Assembly (NCBI GenBank): GCA_951406725.2
Contig: OX597814.1
Location: 27,900,001-27,964,000, forward strand
Source of the DNA: Octopus vulgaris
Taxonomy: Eukaryota
Reading direction: 5' to 3'
Length of the DNA stretch: 64,000 nucleotides
In this document: in pieces, positions 41,418 through 55,663 of the stretch
Layout of the letters: each line of letters starts with the position of its first letter
How positions within the stretch are numbered: position 1 is the first letter of the stretch
Notes under the pieces: generated by a model
What the model was told of the DNA's origin: nothing
Databases searched by the model: none
Seen by the model: only the letters and a program-made list of their open reading frames with translations
Made by a program: the position numbers and the translations under genes

Positions 41418-42734
41418 TATACCATAAAATTTGCAATAATTAACAAATGCATCAAATTCTAGAACTGAAGACGTGTGAAGTGATAAAGTCAATTGACTTC
41501 TGATATTTGATTGATTGATTGATTGATTGATTCTAGTTTCAGCTCATGAGCTGTGGCCATGCTGGGGCACCGCCATTTTTTTTTTTTTTTTGTCTTTCTA
41601 TTCGAATGATTTAGTAACATTCTACTTGCTTTCTGACTACATCTATGTAGAACAAGCACAGTGTGTCAACCGCAATTCCAGCTGGCGTAGTTGATAGATT
41701 ATTGAATGACTGCAAGATAAAGTGTCGACCGTTTCTGAAATTTTTTCACTACAGTTTGTTCCTCCCTGGAAGACATGATTCCCTTTCCCTCTCTTTCTCT
41801 ATCTCTGCCTTCTTCCTTATTCTCACTCGAATTGTTCCGTAAAGTTTGATACTCCCCCTGGAACGGGATGACACTGCACACGCAAGCCGTAACACAGTTT
41901 ATACTTATAACCTCAGTCTTACTGTAATGGACTCATTTCTCAACGTCCTCAAGTAAGATCGGACTCAACACTCCAAGTTACTAACGAGTTTTAATCAAAA
42001 GTCGCTATCTTAATAGAAAGTCGCCGTTTTCATAATATAATTTTATAGTAATTTGCCTTCCTTTCTATCACAGACACTTATATTCACGCTTATACGTGTA
42101 TATATTTGCTGCTACGTATACAAATATAAGATCTGCAATATTCTCAATTATACATACAAAAAAGCATATATGCGTACATATTTGTATGTATGCAGGATGC
42201 CTCATACCTATGGCAGCAAATGGAATATATATATCACATAGTTACTGAATCATTAACATTTTAAAATAATTTTATACGCATACATACTTTCAAAACTACA
42301 AAAAAAAAAAAAAACCCGGACAAATATTGACAATTCACACACACACACGCAGAATGCAACACACATCTATACACGTATACAGACATACTTTTAAAGCTAC
42401 AGAAATGTACAAATATTGACAAATCTCCACCAAGTATAAGCAAACACGCCACCATATTTAAGTCTACATAAATACACTATCATAGACGACGGTGAAAAAC
42501 ACACAAGCACATTCTTACACTTACGGATTCTTACATATACACTCATCATACACGTGATACCTCTATCAGTTCTTTCTCTCGGCTATCAACTTGATCAACT
42601 GAAGGTCATTGAATGTATATATATATATATATATATTTTTTCTATTGATTTGCACTAGACCACAGATTTGTAAGGAAAGGCTCACAAACGCACACACACA
42701 CACACACACGCTTTTATGTGTGTGCGCGCGTGCA

Positions 42735-42767
<33 letters not shown>

Positions 42768-43089
42768 ATGTGCGTGCGCGTCGCGAGTGTGTGTTGTATT
42801 GGAAACACGAGTTCTACTTTTATTTTTGTTCTATAGAAGTTTTTTCTTCTTCTTTTTTTTTATTCCCCCCCCCCCGTATGAATTCTCTGTAGTTTGTTCA
42901 GATCAGTAAAGTTCTTAAATGCCTCATCAACGATTTTTTTTTTTTTAGGTATTTATAAATGTTGATGATAGATTTAGGAATTTTATTGCTGAAAAAGATT
43001 GTAAAATAACAAAAAATGCGTATTAATAAAAAATATATATATTAAAAACTCATATTTTAAATACGTATCAAAGGAAACCTGTTCCCTAT

Positions 43090-43391
43090 TACATACATAC
43101 ACACATACAGAGATACATACATACATACATACATACATACATACATACATACATACATACATACATACATACATACATACATACATACATACATACATAC
43201 ATACATGCATGCATACATACATACATACATGCATACATACATACATACATACATACATACATACATACATACATACATACATACATACATACATACATAC
43301 ATACATACATACATACACACATACATACATACATACATACACACATACATACATACATACACACACATACATACATACATACATACATACA

Positions 43392-43425
<34 letters not shown>

Positions 43426-44177
43426 CATACATACATACATACATACATACATACATACATACACACACATACATACATACATACATACATACATACATAC
43501 ATACATACATACATACATACATACATACATACATACATACATACATACATGCATACATGCATACATACATGCATACATACATGCATGCATACATACATAC
43601 ATACATACATACATACATACATACATACATACATACATACATACATGCATACATACATACATACACACATACATATATACATACATACATACATACATAC
43701 ATACACACACATACATACATACATACATACATACATACATACATACATGCATACATACATACATGCATGCATACATACATACATACATACATGCATGCAT
43801 ACATACATGCATACATACACACATACATACATAGATACACACATACATACATACATACATACATACATGCATACATACATGCATATATACATACATACAT
43901 GCATACATACATACACACACATACATACATACATACATACATACATACATACATACATACATACATACATACATACATACATACATACATACATACATAC
44001 ATACATGCATGCATACATACATACATACATGCATGCATACATACATGCATACATACACACATACATACATAGATACACACATACATACATACATGCATAC
44101 ATACATACATACATACATACATACATACATGCATACATACATACATACACACATACATACATACATACATACATACA

Positions 44178-44209
<32 letters not shown>

Positions 44210-44223
44210 CACACACACATACA

Positions 44224-44255
<32 letters not shown>

Positions 44256-44270
44256 CACATATATATTATA
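43090..44270. repeat. About 1.2-kb (TACA)n microsatellite with variant units
   Basis: Direct reading; explains the 200-425 aa MYVC/HTYI ORFs. Confidence 0.95.
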
Positions 44271-44498
44271 TTTATACATATACATATTTACATACACATA
44301 TAGACATTTATATATATATTATATATATTAATTAACAATTGTGGATAAAATCTTTAAAAGAAATTATCAGTAGTCAGCGTGAAAAACCTCGTAAGAGAAA
44401 AAATCCGTAAATTCTTCCTCTTTGAAAATATTTGAAAAAAAAAATAATAATAATAATAATAATAATATTATATATATTATATGCACTCCCGCGCGCGT

Positions 44499-44538
<40 letters not shown>

Positions 44539-45079
44539 ACACACTCACACACACGGACGCACACATGTATGCACGCACGCAACCACACACGCACGCTTGT
44601 ACTTACACATAAGCTCCAGCAGATCATTTGAATAGGATTTTTTTCCCACACAACTCTCAACAAAGTCACATCTCAGACGCTACACGGTACTACATTAAGT
44701 AAGACCCAAAATCATGTACTGCTCCCAATTTCGAAAGGTGTTGGCGTCTACACACGCTGACATCTTAGAACTGCTTCTAAAGAAGGAACTTTTGACTGAT
44801 TACTGATTACTGTAGCCAGTGAAACACAGGTGTGCTGTGTCTTCTCTTTGCTTTTTTCTACCGCTACTATAAAGGCCTCTGATTCTGAAAGTAGGGTGGT
44901 CTCGTATCACCTCTAAACAGGCACACTCTACTCATCCTTTCTCCCCTCCGTCACTCATATAGTGATCAACGTTTTCTGATTTACAGAATATCATCCCTAA
45001 GTTTGCCGGAAAGAAATTATAGCATCAATTTCATCAATACTTGCAAAGATCATGGTTTCAGCGTCTTTATCCGGATTTT

Positions 45080-45194
45080 CCGGGTTCAGTCCCACTGCGT
45101 GGCACCTTGGGCAAGTGTCTTCTACTATAGCCACGGGCCGACCAAAGCCTTGTGAGTGGATTTGGTAGACGGAAACTGAAAGAAGCCCGTCGTA

Positions 45195-45250
<56 letters not shown>

Positions 45251-45460
45251 TGTGTGTGTTTGTGTGTCTGTATTTGTCCCCTAGCATTGCTTGACAACCG
45301 ATGCTGGTGTGTTTATGTCCCCGTTACTTAGCGGTTCGGCAAAAGAGACCGATAGAATAAGTACTGGGCTTACAAAAAGGATAATCGAGTTGCTCGATTA
45401 AAGGCGGTGCTCCAGCATGGCCGCAGTCAAATGACTGAAACAAGTAAAAGAGTAAAGAGT
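45080..45460 (+). mobile_element. SINE family B, 5'-truncated
   Basis: Consensus-like. Confidence 0.9.
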
Positions 45461-46099
45461 CATGAACGATATACACTGAAAAGACAGTCATAAGACCGAA
45501 ACATGTCCAATGATTTATCTCGTCCTAGCTAGCTAAAACAAAAATAGTATTAATCATGGATATTATTCTTTATTAACCCACAAAATGCTTATTTCTGATT
45601 AGCTTTTTACAGTTTTTAATCTATTCCATGTACTGAATATGTTAATACTAACTTAGCTATTGTGTTCATTGCAAATGGCGCCACTGAAATATTTTGCTTT
45701 CTAAATAACAAATGTATAATATTACACATTCAATAAGTGATTTGATTCACATAAATTATAGCAAATATACTGAGGCACATACTTCGCTGATGAGTTCAAC
45801 AAAAAATGTAAACATTCCGGAGTTGTCCTTCTTATTTGCCGAAAAAAAAAAAAATAGTCACTGAGCTTTATGTTTTCCTTTTTTTTTTTACTGGATACCT
45901 ATTTTTAGTTTAATTTTAAATTTTCTCATATAGTATGTTTGTCAACAGTAACATACCTAAAAAACATTCTGTCAGACTGTTTAAATTCAATGTTTTTTCA
46001 ATTTTATGCATAAGCATCAACACGCTACTCTTTTAGAAGAGCTCTCAGAAACGTCAAAATACAGCTTTCTCTATTACATATAGGCTAATTTTACAAATA

Positions 46100-46938
46100 T
46101 TCTTTTCTACTATAGGCACAAGGCCCGAAATTTTCGGGGAGAGGGCCAGTTGATTAGATCAACTCCAGCGCGCAACTAGTACTTAATTTATCGACCCCGA
46201 AAGGATGAAAGGCAAAGTCGACCTCGGCGGAATTTGAACTCTGAACGTAAAGACAGACGCAATACCTATTTCTTTATTACCCACAAGGGGCTAAACACAG
46301 AGGGGACAAACAAGGACAGACATAGGTATTAAGTCGATTACATCGACCCCAGTGCGTAACTGGTACTTAATTTATCGACCCCGAAAGGATGAAAGGTAAA
46401 GTCGACCTCGGCGGAATTTGAACTCTGAACGTAAAGACAGACGCAATACCTATTTCTTTATTACACACAAGGGGCTAAACACAGAGGGGACAAACAAGGA
46501 CAGACATAGGTATTAAGTCGATTACATCGACCCCAGTGCGTAACTGGTACTTAATTTATCGACCCCGAAAGGATGAAAGGCAAAGTCGACCTTGGCAGAA
46601 TTTGAACTCACAACGTAACGGCAGACGAAATACCGCTAAGCATTTCGCCCGGCGTGCTAACGTTTCTGCCAGCTCGCCGCATTAAATATACATGTTTGTT
46701 ATAGACACCTATTTCTTTACTACCCACAAGGGGCTAAACACAGAGAGGACAAACAAGGACAGACATAGGTATTAAGTCGATTACATCGACCCCAGTGCGT
46801 AACTGGTACTTAATTTATCGACCCCGAAAGGATGAAAGGCAAAGTCGACCTCGGCGGAATTTGAACTCACAACGTAACGCAGACGAAATACCGCTAAGCA
46901 TTTCGCCCGGCGTGCTAACGTTTCTGCCAGCTCGCCGC
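46100..46938 (-). mobile_element. SINE family A cluster (3-unit array plus one full copy)
   Basis: Junctions at 46266/46267 and 46450/46451; 28-bp direct repeat at 46681-46708 and 46939-46966. Confidence 0.9.
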
Positions 46939-47299
46939 ATTAAATATACATGTTTGTTATAGACACGGCAAACGAATGTACCATGATATATCAACCGAAT
47001 AATATTGTATATCTGTAGAATATACGTTCAATTAATGTTGTTGCTGCTGTTTTCATCTAGTCCCAGTTTATGCCTGATTCTGCAGACGAGGTGTACCTAA
47101 ACTGGAGTAGATTACTCCCCAGGGGATGAAGTTTGCTCACCTACCCGGAGGGTAAACTTGATGATTCTGGATTGGTACATATTTTTCTTTCAAGAAAAGA
47201 ATAACTGATGTAGATCATTTGGAGAAAATAGCTGCTTTTCTTTCAGTTTGGACTAGCTGTTTTATATATTTCTTAGTTAATGTGTTACTAATAGTGACT

Positions 47300-47515
47300 C
47301 TCTCTCTTTTACTCTTTTACTTGTTTCAGTCATTTGACTGCGGCCATGCTGGAGCACCGCCTTTTTAATCGAGCAACTCGACCCCGGGACTTATTCTTTT
47401 GTAAGCCCAGTACTTATTCTATCGGTCCCTTTTGCCGAACCGCTAAGTAACGGGGACGTAAACACACCAGCATCGGTTGTCAAGCAATGCTAGAGGGACA
47501 AACACAGACACACAA

Positions 47516-47566
<51 letters not shown>

Positions 47567-47739
47567 TACATATATACGACGGGCTTCTTTCAGTTTCCGT
47601 CTACCAAATCCACTCACAAGGCTTTGGTCGGCCCGAGGTTATAGCAGAAGACACTTGCCCAAGATGCCACGCAGTGGGACTGAACCCGGAACCATGTGGT
47701 TGGTTAGCAAGCTACTTACCACACAGCCACTCCTGCGCC
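47300..47739 (-). mobile_element. SINE family B, full length
   Basis: Consensus-like. Confidence 0.9.
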
Positions 47740-48299
47740 TATCACAATGACTGTTCGTCATTACTTCATAAAAAAGGCAATATCACTGTTATGGGGTATT
47801 TTTTTGTTTACTGTGAATGTAATTTGAATTTGAAATAATGTCTAAGGGACAGTATTTAAATTTCTACTTTGTTAGTTGTTTTGTTAAGAGATCATAGATG
47901 GTAATCTTCTTCTGAAGAAGGCTATATCAGTCCTCTCTGCTCCCTTCAGACAAAGCGCACAGACTAAGGGAAACGCTTGTGATTCTGAGGTACCTACTGA
48001 AAATACGGAGAGGTTTCCAACATCGTGTTAGCATTAGTCACTATCGGAAAGTAACTCTTGTAGTTTCTGTGTGGGGCAAAGCACCTCTAGTGTTTATATC
48101 ACCAAAACAGAAATTACTGAATAAAACAGAAACGGTGTGTAAATTTACTTTCAAAAAGTTGCCAGGGTGCAAATGGAGCGAAAAAGTTGGGAAACCCTGA
48201 TGTAGACTTATGATTAAAAGCAGTACAGTTACGACCCTCTCGGCTTTTTTTTTTCTTCACAGACACGAAGTGTCAAGGGCTACATTATTCAATGGGTTA

Positions 48300-48537
48300 A
48301 GGCGGCGAGCTGGCACGCCGGGCGAGCTAGCACTCCGGGCGAAATACCTAGCGGTATTTCGTCTACCGTTACGTTCTGAGTTCAAATTCCGCCGAGGTCG
48401 ACTTTGCCTTTCATCCTTTCGGGGTCGATTAAATAAGTACCAGTTAATCACTGGATCCGATGTAATCGACTAATCCCGTTGTCTGTCCTTGTTCGTCCCC
48501 TCTATGTTTAGCCCCCTGTGGATAATGAAGAAATAAT
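48300..48537 (+). mobile_element. SINE family A with TSD attattcaatgggtt
   Basis: Direct repeat on both flanks. Confidence 0.85.
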
Positions 48538-48914
48538 TATTCAATGGGTTCTCCTTTTTGAAGCTACTGGAATTTTGATTTGAAAAAGATTTGCTCATTA
48601 TTTGAAGCAGGTCGAATAACGCGTGATGGAAGTGGGATCTCTTGAAACAGGCCATCAAAAGTTTCTTGTTTTATTACTATAAAAATAAAAACGATAATAT
48701 TTTGATACTTAATTTCTTCTGGTGTAAGTTATACATATTTTACATGGCGAATATTGCCATACAAACAGTTGGCTTTTCCACGTCAAACAGGACGTATTCA
48801 CCCCCGATCAGCATACAAGTCACGACCGTCCTCGCACACATCAAACCCAGTAAAGAAAAGAAAGAAAGCTTCAACTGATTTATTGATATTATACAATAAA
48901 AACAATGAATTCTA

Positions 48915-49302
48915 TGGATGGAAGCACTCCGTCGGTTACGACGACGAGGGATCTGGTTGATCCGAATCAACGGAACAGCCTGCTCGTGAAATTAACGTGT
49001 AAGTGGCTGAGCATTCCACAGACACGTGTACCCTTAACGTAGTTCTCGAGGATATTCAGCGTGACACAGAGAGTGACAAGGCCGGCCCCTTGAAATACAG
49101 GTACAACAGAAACAGGAAATAAGAGTGAGAGAAAGTTGTGGTGAAAAAGTACAGCAGGGATCACCACCATCCCCTGCCGGAGCCTCGTGGAGCTTTTAGG
49201 TGTTTTCGCTCAATAAACACTCACAAAGCCCGGTCTGGGAATCGAAACCGCGATCCTATGACCGCGAGTCCGCTGCCCTAACCACTGGGCCATTGCGCCT
49301 CC
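48915..49302 (-). mobile_element. SINE family C, tail type 1, 13-bp TSD
   Basis: acaatgaattcta at 48902-48914 and 49303-49315. Confidence 0.9.
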
Positions 49303-49326
49303 ACAATGAATTCTAACATATACACA

Positions 49327-49390
<64 letters not shown>

Positions 49391-49741
49391 GGTGGGGAAT
49401 CAATTTATTATCTAACGAGAGGATGAAATAAACCTGCATGGCAAACCGACCTGTTAGAAATAACAGTCAAACGTGGATCAGACTATCAGACTACACGCTG
49501 TCTTAAAAAAGAGCAACGAGACATTGAACTTTGTAGGTTGAGTTATGTGTAAATGCTTTGAAGAAAAAGAAAAACGACCGGTTGGTCACAGCTGGAACGT
49601 CAATGTATTCTCATCCAGGAATGGCCTGAGGCTAAAAGACAACAGTAGCAAGTTTTTTTATTCAGCGAAGAAAACATTGTTTAAATGAGACTCGTTGGTG
49701 AATTTCGGCTTTGGCCTGTTCTGGTTAAGTATTCGTCAATA

Positions 49742-50160
49742 GGCGCAGGAGTGGCTGTGTGGTAAGTAGCTTGCTAACCAACCACATGGTTCTGGGTTCA
49801 GTCCCACTGCGTGGCATCTTGGGCAAGTGTCTTCTGCTATAGCCCCGGGCCGACCAATGCCTTGTGAGTGGATTTGGTAGACGGAAACTGAATGAAGCCT
49901 GTCGTATATATGTATATATATATGTATGTATGTGTGTGTGTGTTTGTGTGTCTGTGTTTGTCCCCCTAGCATTGCTTGACAACCGATGCTGGTGTGTTTA
50001 CGTCCCCGTCACTTAGCGGTTCGGCAAAAGGGACCGATAGAATAAGTACTGGGCTTACAAAGAATAAGTCCTGGGGTCGATTTGCTCGACTAAAGGCGGT
50101 GCTCCAGCATGGCCGCAGTCAAATGACTGAAACAAGTAAAAGAGTAAAAGAGTAAAGAGT
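49742..50160 (+). mobile_element. SINE family B, full length
   Basis: Consensus-like with (aaaagagt)n tail. Confidence 0.9.
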
Positions 50161-50474
50161 AATAATAAAATAAAATAAAATAAAATAAAAGCAAAGAAAA
50201 ACTAAACCAAAACTTAAAAAACAAATATGCAGAAGAGAATATAATTCATTTGATGACCAAGAGAAAGATTTAAGTAACTAATCACTTTGTCTGGCTTGTC
50301 ATTGTTCAATACCTTTCCTTTCAGATATTACACTTCTGCAAGCTGTTGCCTTCATCTCGTTTTACTACTGTTTTGTATGGTACACGTACACACAGTCACG
50401 TGTACACATGCAAGTGTGCGCGACTATATTTATGAGTATGGGTGTGTGTATGTATATATATGTGTGTCTGTGTG

Positions 50475-50504
<30 letters not shown>

Positions 50505-50505
<1 letters not shown>

Positions 50506-50645
50506 CGAGATTAATCAGCCGAAATTGCGAAGATGATCCGGTTCTTGACTGAAGATTGAGGGCTTCGAATGTCCCGTCCGTGTTTTTTGTGTCGTCTTCT
50601 AAGTTTCACGTTCTTGTCCCAGTTTGTATATTTTTTTACTTTTAC
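50505..50645 (+). mobile_element. Second copy of the permuted-hammerhead repeat
   Basis: tcgagattaatcagccgaaattgcg...tcttgactgaagattgagggcttcgaat; homologous to 7426-7588. Confidence 0.7.
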
Positions 50646-50666
50646 ATATATATATATATATATATA

Positions 50667-51207
50667 TGAGGGCCCGCTTTACGAGACACCGGGTTTACGA
50701 GTTTTATTCTTCAGCTCACTTTTTGTATGGAAAACTGAAATTTTTCAAGCACACGATCCAAATTTTGAACGAAGGGTAAAAGTTTCTACTACGATTAACA
50801 AATGCTTCCGTGTTTTACTGCGAAATTTATAGGGAGTGAAAAAAATGGCTTCACCACCATCACTTGTCGACGCGGTTGCCGATTCACAAGCACTAGTAGA
50901 CGGACTTGCAGATTATTTTTAAGAAAAACAACTTGCGAGTCTAGTGCGAGTGCAAGGGATTCAGAAAGCGATTATAATAATAATATTTTTTTTTATAAAT
51001 GATATTGACATTTTTTTACTTTACTTAAAATATTCTTTACATTCTACTGTCATTTTAGTGCCATTTATTTACGAATATTATAAGTTTTATAGATAAAATA
51101 TTTTTCTAGCGAAAAATTATGATTTATAACATTGGTATTATGGGAAATTGGTGCTCTGCTTTACGAGCGATCTCTGGGAACAAATAAATTCGTTTATCGA
51201 GGTACTA

Positions 51208-51210
<3 letters not shown>
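50667..51210. mobile_element. Tigger/pogo-type MITE (left end eroded)
   Basis: Right end cgaggtactactg|ta is a CAGT-type TIR with TA; internal tttacgag repeats. Confidence 0.6.
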
Positions 51211-51285
<75 letters not shown>

Positions 51286-51350
51286 ACGTGTGTGTATGTG
51301 TGTGTGTATGTATATATATATACACACATACATACACACACATGTATATC

Positions 51351-51387
<37 letters not shown>

Positions 51388-51703
51388 AAAAATAAGTTTG
51401 TAAAAAAGAAGTTTGAAAATACCACTATATTAGATAAATTTTAATTTTTTCATGTTTCGGTTCTTGAAGTAACGAACCTTATCAAAAATAATTTTTTTAT
51501 AATAAAGATTATAATGGAATAGTTCATAATTGTTTCATACATTCAATAGAGTCATGCTATATACATAAAAAGTATAATGGAACAGTTCATAATTGTTACA
51601 TACATTCAATAGAGTCCATGCTATATACATTCAATAGAATCCATGTTCTTGAAAAGGTGAAAAATATATATTATAAGGTGTAAGTCGTTCCGTACTGATT
51701 TGT

Positions 51704-51754
<51 letters not shown>

Positions 51755-52289
51755 CATATATGTGCCCATGTGGTCCCATAACGGTCGCAGCTGTTGCAAG
51801 GACGATAATCATTTCGTTACAATATAAAGCGACATTAAAGATTTGTATTTGAAGTGAATTATAAAGAAAATAATCCATAGGAGCGACTTATATATTTTTT
51901 GTATTTACCTAGTACAAGCTTCTAGTCGATGGCAATCATGTATTCCTCCCCCCACCCCGCTACTATTTCATGCTTTATATTAATAAGCGCTCTTCTGACA
52001 GACCTGTTCTCGATTTGTTGACCATTCCTCGCACAAGACAACCTGGCTTCCTTCAATACTCATTAGCAAAAAATTTTTGACTGTCGTTAAAGCAGTCAAA
52101 AATTAGGCTAGCACATTAGTGGATAGCCTAACTGTCATCTTTGTGTTTTTAACGGCTCATCATTAATTAACCTAATTACATTTTATGTATAACACATCGT
52201 AAATCAGAAGAAATAAAATTAAAATTTAAATATGACAAAGCCTATATAAGTATGGGTAGTTTATATTCGTTTCTTTTTTGTGCGGTTCA

Positions 52290-53099
<810 letters not shown>

Positions 53100-53215
53100 C
53101 ATTACACAGGCATTCTTCGAATATATAATAGAATGTGGAACAGCGTATTTATTAGTCTATGTTAATTAATTAATTAATCTGTACGTTTGTTGTTCTAGGC
53201 ATGTTGTTCGTTGTG

Positions 53216-53668
53216 GTGGAGGCGCAATGGCCCAGTGGTTAGGGCAGCGGACTCGCGGTCATAGGATCGTTGTGAGTGTTTATTGAGCGAAAACACCTAA
53301 AAGCTCCACGAGGCCCCGGCAGGGGATGGTGGTGATCCCTGCTGTACTCTTTCACCACAACTTTCTCTCACTCTTACTTCCTGTTTCTGTTGTACCTGTA
53401 TTTCAAGGGGCCGGCCTTGTCACTCTCTGTGTCACGCTGAATATCCCCGAGAACTACGTTAAGGGTGCACGTGTCTGTGGTGTGCTCAGCCGCTTGCACG
53501 TTAATTTCACGAGCAGGCTGTTCCGTTGATTCGGATCAACCGGAACCCCCATCGTCGTAACCGACGGAGTGCTTCCACAGTGCTTCCACAGTGCTTCCAC
53601 AGTGCTTCCACAGTGCTTCCACAGTGCTTCCACAGTGCTTCCACAGTGCTTCCACAGTGCTTCCACAG
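53216..53668 (+). mobile_element. SINE family C, tail type 1, with 11-bp terminal unit reiterated 9 times
   Basis: (agtgcttccac)x9 at 53568-53666. Confidence 0.9.
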
Positions 53669-53719
53669 TTGTTTGTTGTATTATCATCGGTTGTTCAGTA
53701 GGCTACGCTCAAAACGTCT

Positions 53720-54150
53720 AATTCACAAGTTCTGTTTTGTACAATTATTTTTGAGATCACAGTCTCTTTTTTGAGAGCAATTCGTATAGGTACTATTTTT
53801 TTTTTGTAATAAATTTCTAGCTATGTAGCAATAACTCGATATTACTTTGTTTATATTCGATGTTGGTATTTGTAATAAGAGCAGGTGTATGTGTGATTGG
53901 ATATTAAGCCAACGTTTCGATTTTGTTACTTGTCTATTGATTCTCAAGCAGCGTTTATGTTTTTAAGGCTGTTGATACCGCCAGATAGAATAGTATTGCC
54001 AAGCTGTCGAAAGCATAATGATATCCGTTAAGCAGCTGATGATGAGAATGAATGTTTGATATGCTTGTTTCTGAATTTTTTGTATCTTGAAGTCTCGTAT
54101 TTCTGAGTTGTCCTTCCTTTCACGTAAGGTTGAATATGCTTTGCGATTCA
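53720..54150 (-). pseudogene. Penelope-like element ORF remnant
   Basis: TSNINKVISSY...TNCSQKRDCDLKNNCTKQNL resembles the NI..IISSHN...CNC....CPL...C linker before the GIY-YIG domain. Confidence 0.5.
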
Positions 54151-54261
54151 TGGTCTATGGTCATTATAAATATTGATGTTGCTTGACTGATTTCATGGAT
54201 AATCTTACTAGGTTGGGATAATACTAAACAAGTGGTTTCTTATTTTGAGAGGTTCTGTGAT

Positions 54262-54307
<46 letters not shown>

Positions 54308-55208
54308 CGAACAAACACAAACTCACACACGCACGCACACACACACACGTATGTATGCATTTATGTATGTATGTATGTATGTATCTGTGTGTGTGTATGT
54401 ATGTATATATGTATGTGTATGTATGTTTGAGTGTGATGTATTTGTATATGTATATATGTGTGTTTGTGTGTACATATGGATATATACATAGCTCCTCCCT
54501 GTTTCTCTGTCCCTTTCTGTCTATCTCTCTCTAACTCTCTCTCTCTCTTGCTCTCTCACCCTCTCGCTTGCTCCCTCTCCCTCTCTCTAACTCTCTCTCT
54601 CTCTCTTGTTCTCTCTCTCTCTCTTTCTCTCTCTCTCTTTCTCTCTCTCTCACACACACACGTGCGTGCATAATTGCATAATTAGGCAATTACTTAGTGT
54701 ACATATTGAACTATGAGCTTTATTAGTTAACAATAGAGCGGTTTTCCTCAGCTTCCATTTAACAGTAAATACCCGTATATAGATTTATTTCGAAAGTGGG
54801 AACTTTGATTTGCTGAAAGTCGCCGTTTGTAGACATTTAAAAACAACCACAGACGGCGTGTATGAAACAGAATTCAGTAGTTTCACCATCATACACGAGA
54901 ACTTGATAACATCTGTTTCATTCAGTTTTTTGAGACAGGTGGTGGTCTACTTTAGTATTTGTCTAATATGGTGTTGTCTGTTGCTTTGGGAAACAGGTGG
55001 AAGGTCGTATTTATCTGAGCGCTTCTGAATGATGATTCCGTTGTTGTTGTTGTTTTGCTCGATGCCTTCCTAACTGAGCAATACTATGATCAAAGGCCAT
55101 TCCAGATATCTTTTGTCTTTAACTTATTTCAGTCAATTGACTGTGGCCATACTGGAGCGGTTTAGTCGAGCGAATCGAAACCAGTACTTATTTTTTAAGC
55201 TTGCTACT

Positions 55209-55663
55209 GGATCTTTTCGGTTTGAACGGCAGTTTTTAAAAATAATTTCCACATAACTAAATACTTTTAAACTTCGTATACTGGTAGAATGTGTTTATAA
55301 AACATCTTTTTCTCTTGGCTTTATTGAGAAAATTCTATACTTTGTAAGATATTTGTTGGGTTTTTTTTTTCAATTTCTGCAATTTCAACCAATCAATGAC
55401 GTATATTGAGGTGAAAACATTTTGTGCCGTATGAATATTCCCTCGTTTAAGAAACAGATTGGGTTTATTTACATTTCTGAAGAAAAAAAGATACCCTTCC
55501 CCCCACCCCTAACCCTAACCCTAACCCCTAACCCTAATTAACCCTAACTAACCCTAACCCTATAACAGATTGAAATGCAATCGATCGATACTAGGGTCAT
55601 AATTATGGGTGACAATTTCATATGACACGGCTAGAAAAACTGCTGTTCAAACCGAAAAGATCC
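55209..55663. mobile_element. Non-autonomous DNA transposon (Merlin-like termini) containing telomere-type repeats, inserted in an old SINE B
   Basis: TIR ggatcttttcggtttgaacggcagttttt / aaaaactgctgttcaaaccgaaaagatcc; 8-bp TSD ttgctact (55201-55208, 55664-55671); (CCCTAA)n at about 55507-55561. Confidence 0.85.

Noticed and set aside
42983-44335. Long ORFs of up to 425 aa
   Set aside because: Translations of a (TACA)n microsatellite, open in all frames; the same applies to the poly-N/I/L/K/E/YI/HT ORFs elsewhere
53216-53275. tRNA gene
   Set aside because: This and the other tRNA-like segments are SINE heads fused to SINE bodies and lack a complete cloverleaf
53568-53668. CRISPR-like regular repeat
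   Set aside because: No spacers; it is a tandem 11-mer from a SINE tail in eukaryotic DNA
54000-54050. Another GAAA...CUGAUGA pair
   Set aside because: No UH strand and no stem I/III complementarity; lies antisense within a PLE ORF remnant
54670-54850. Cluster of Sox/TCF/homeobox-like sites
   Set aside because: Short motifs expected by chance in AT-rich DNA; no conservation data available
55507-55561. Chromosome end or fusion scar
   Set aside because: Short degenerate CCCTAA tract enclosed by TIRs and a TSD
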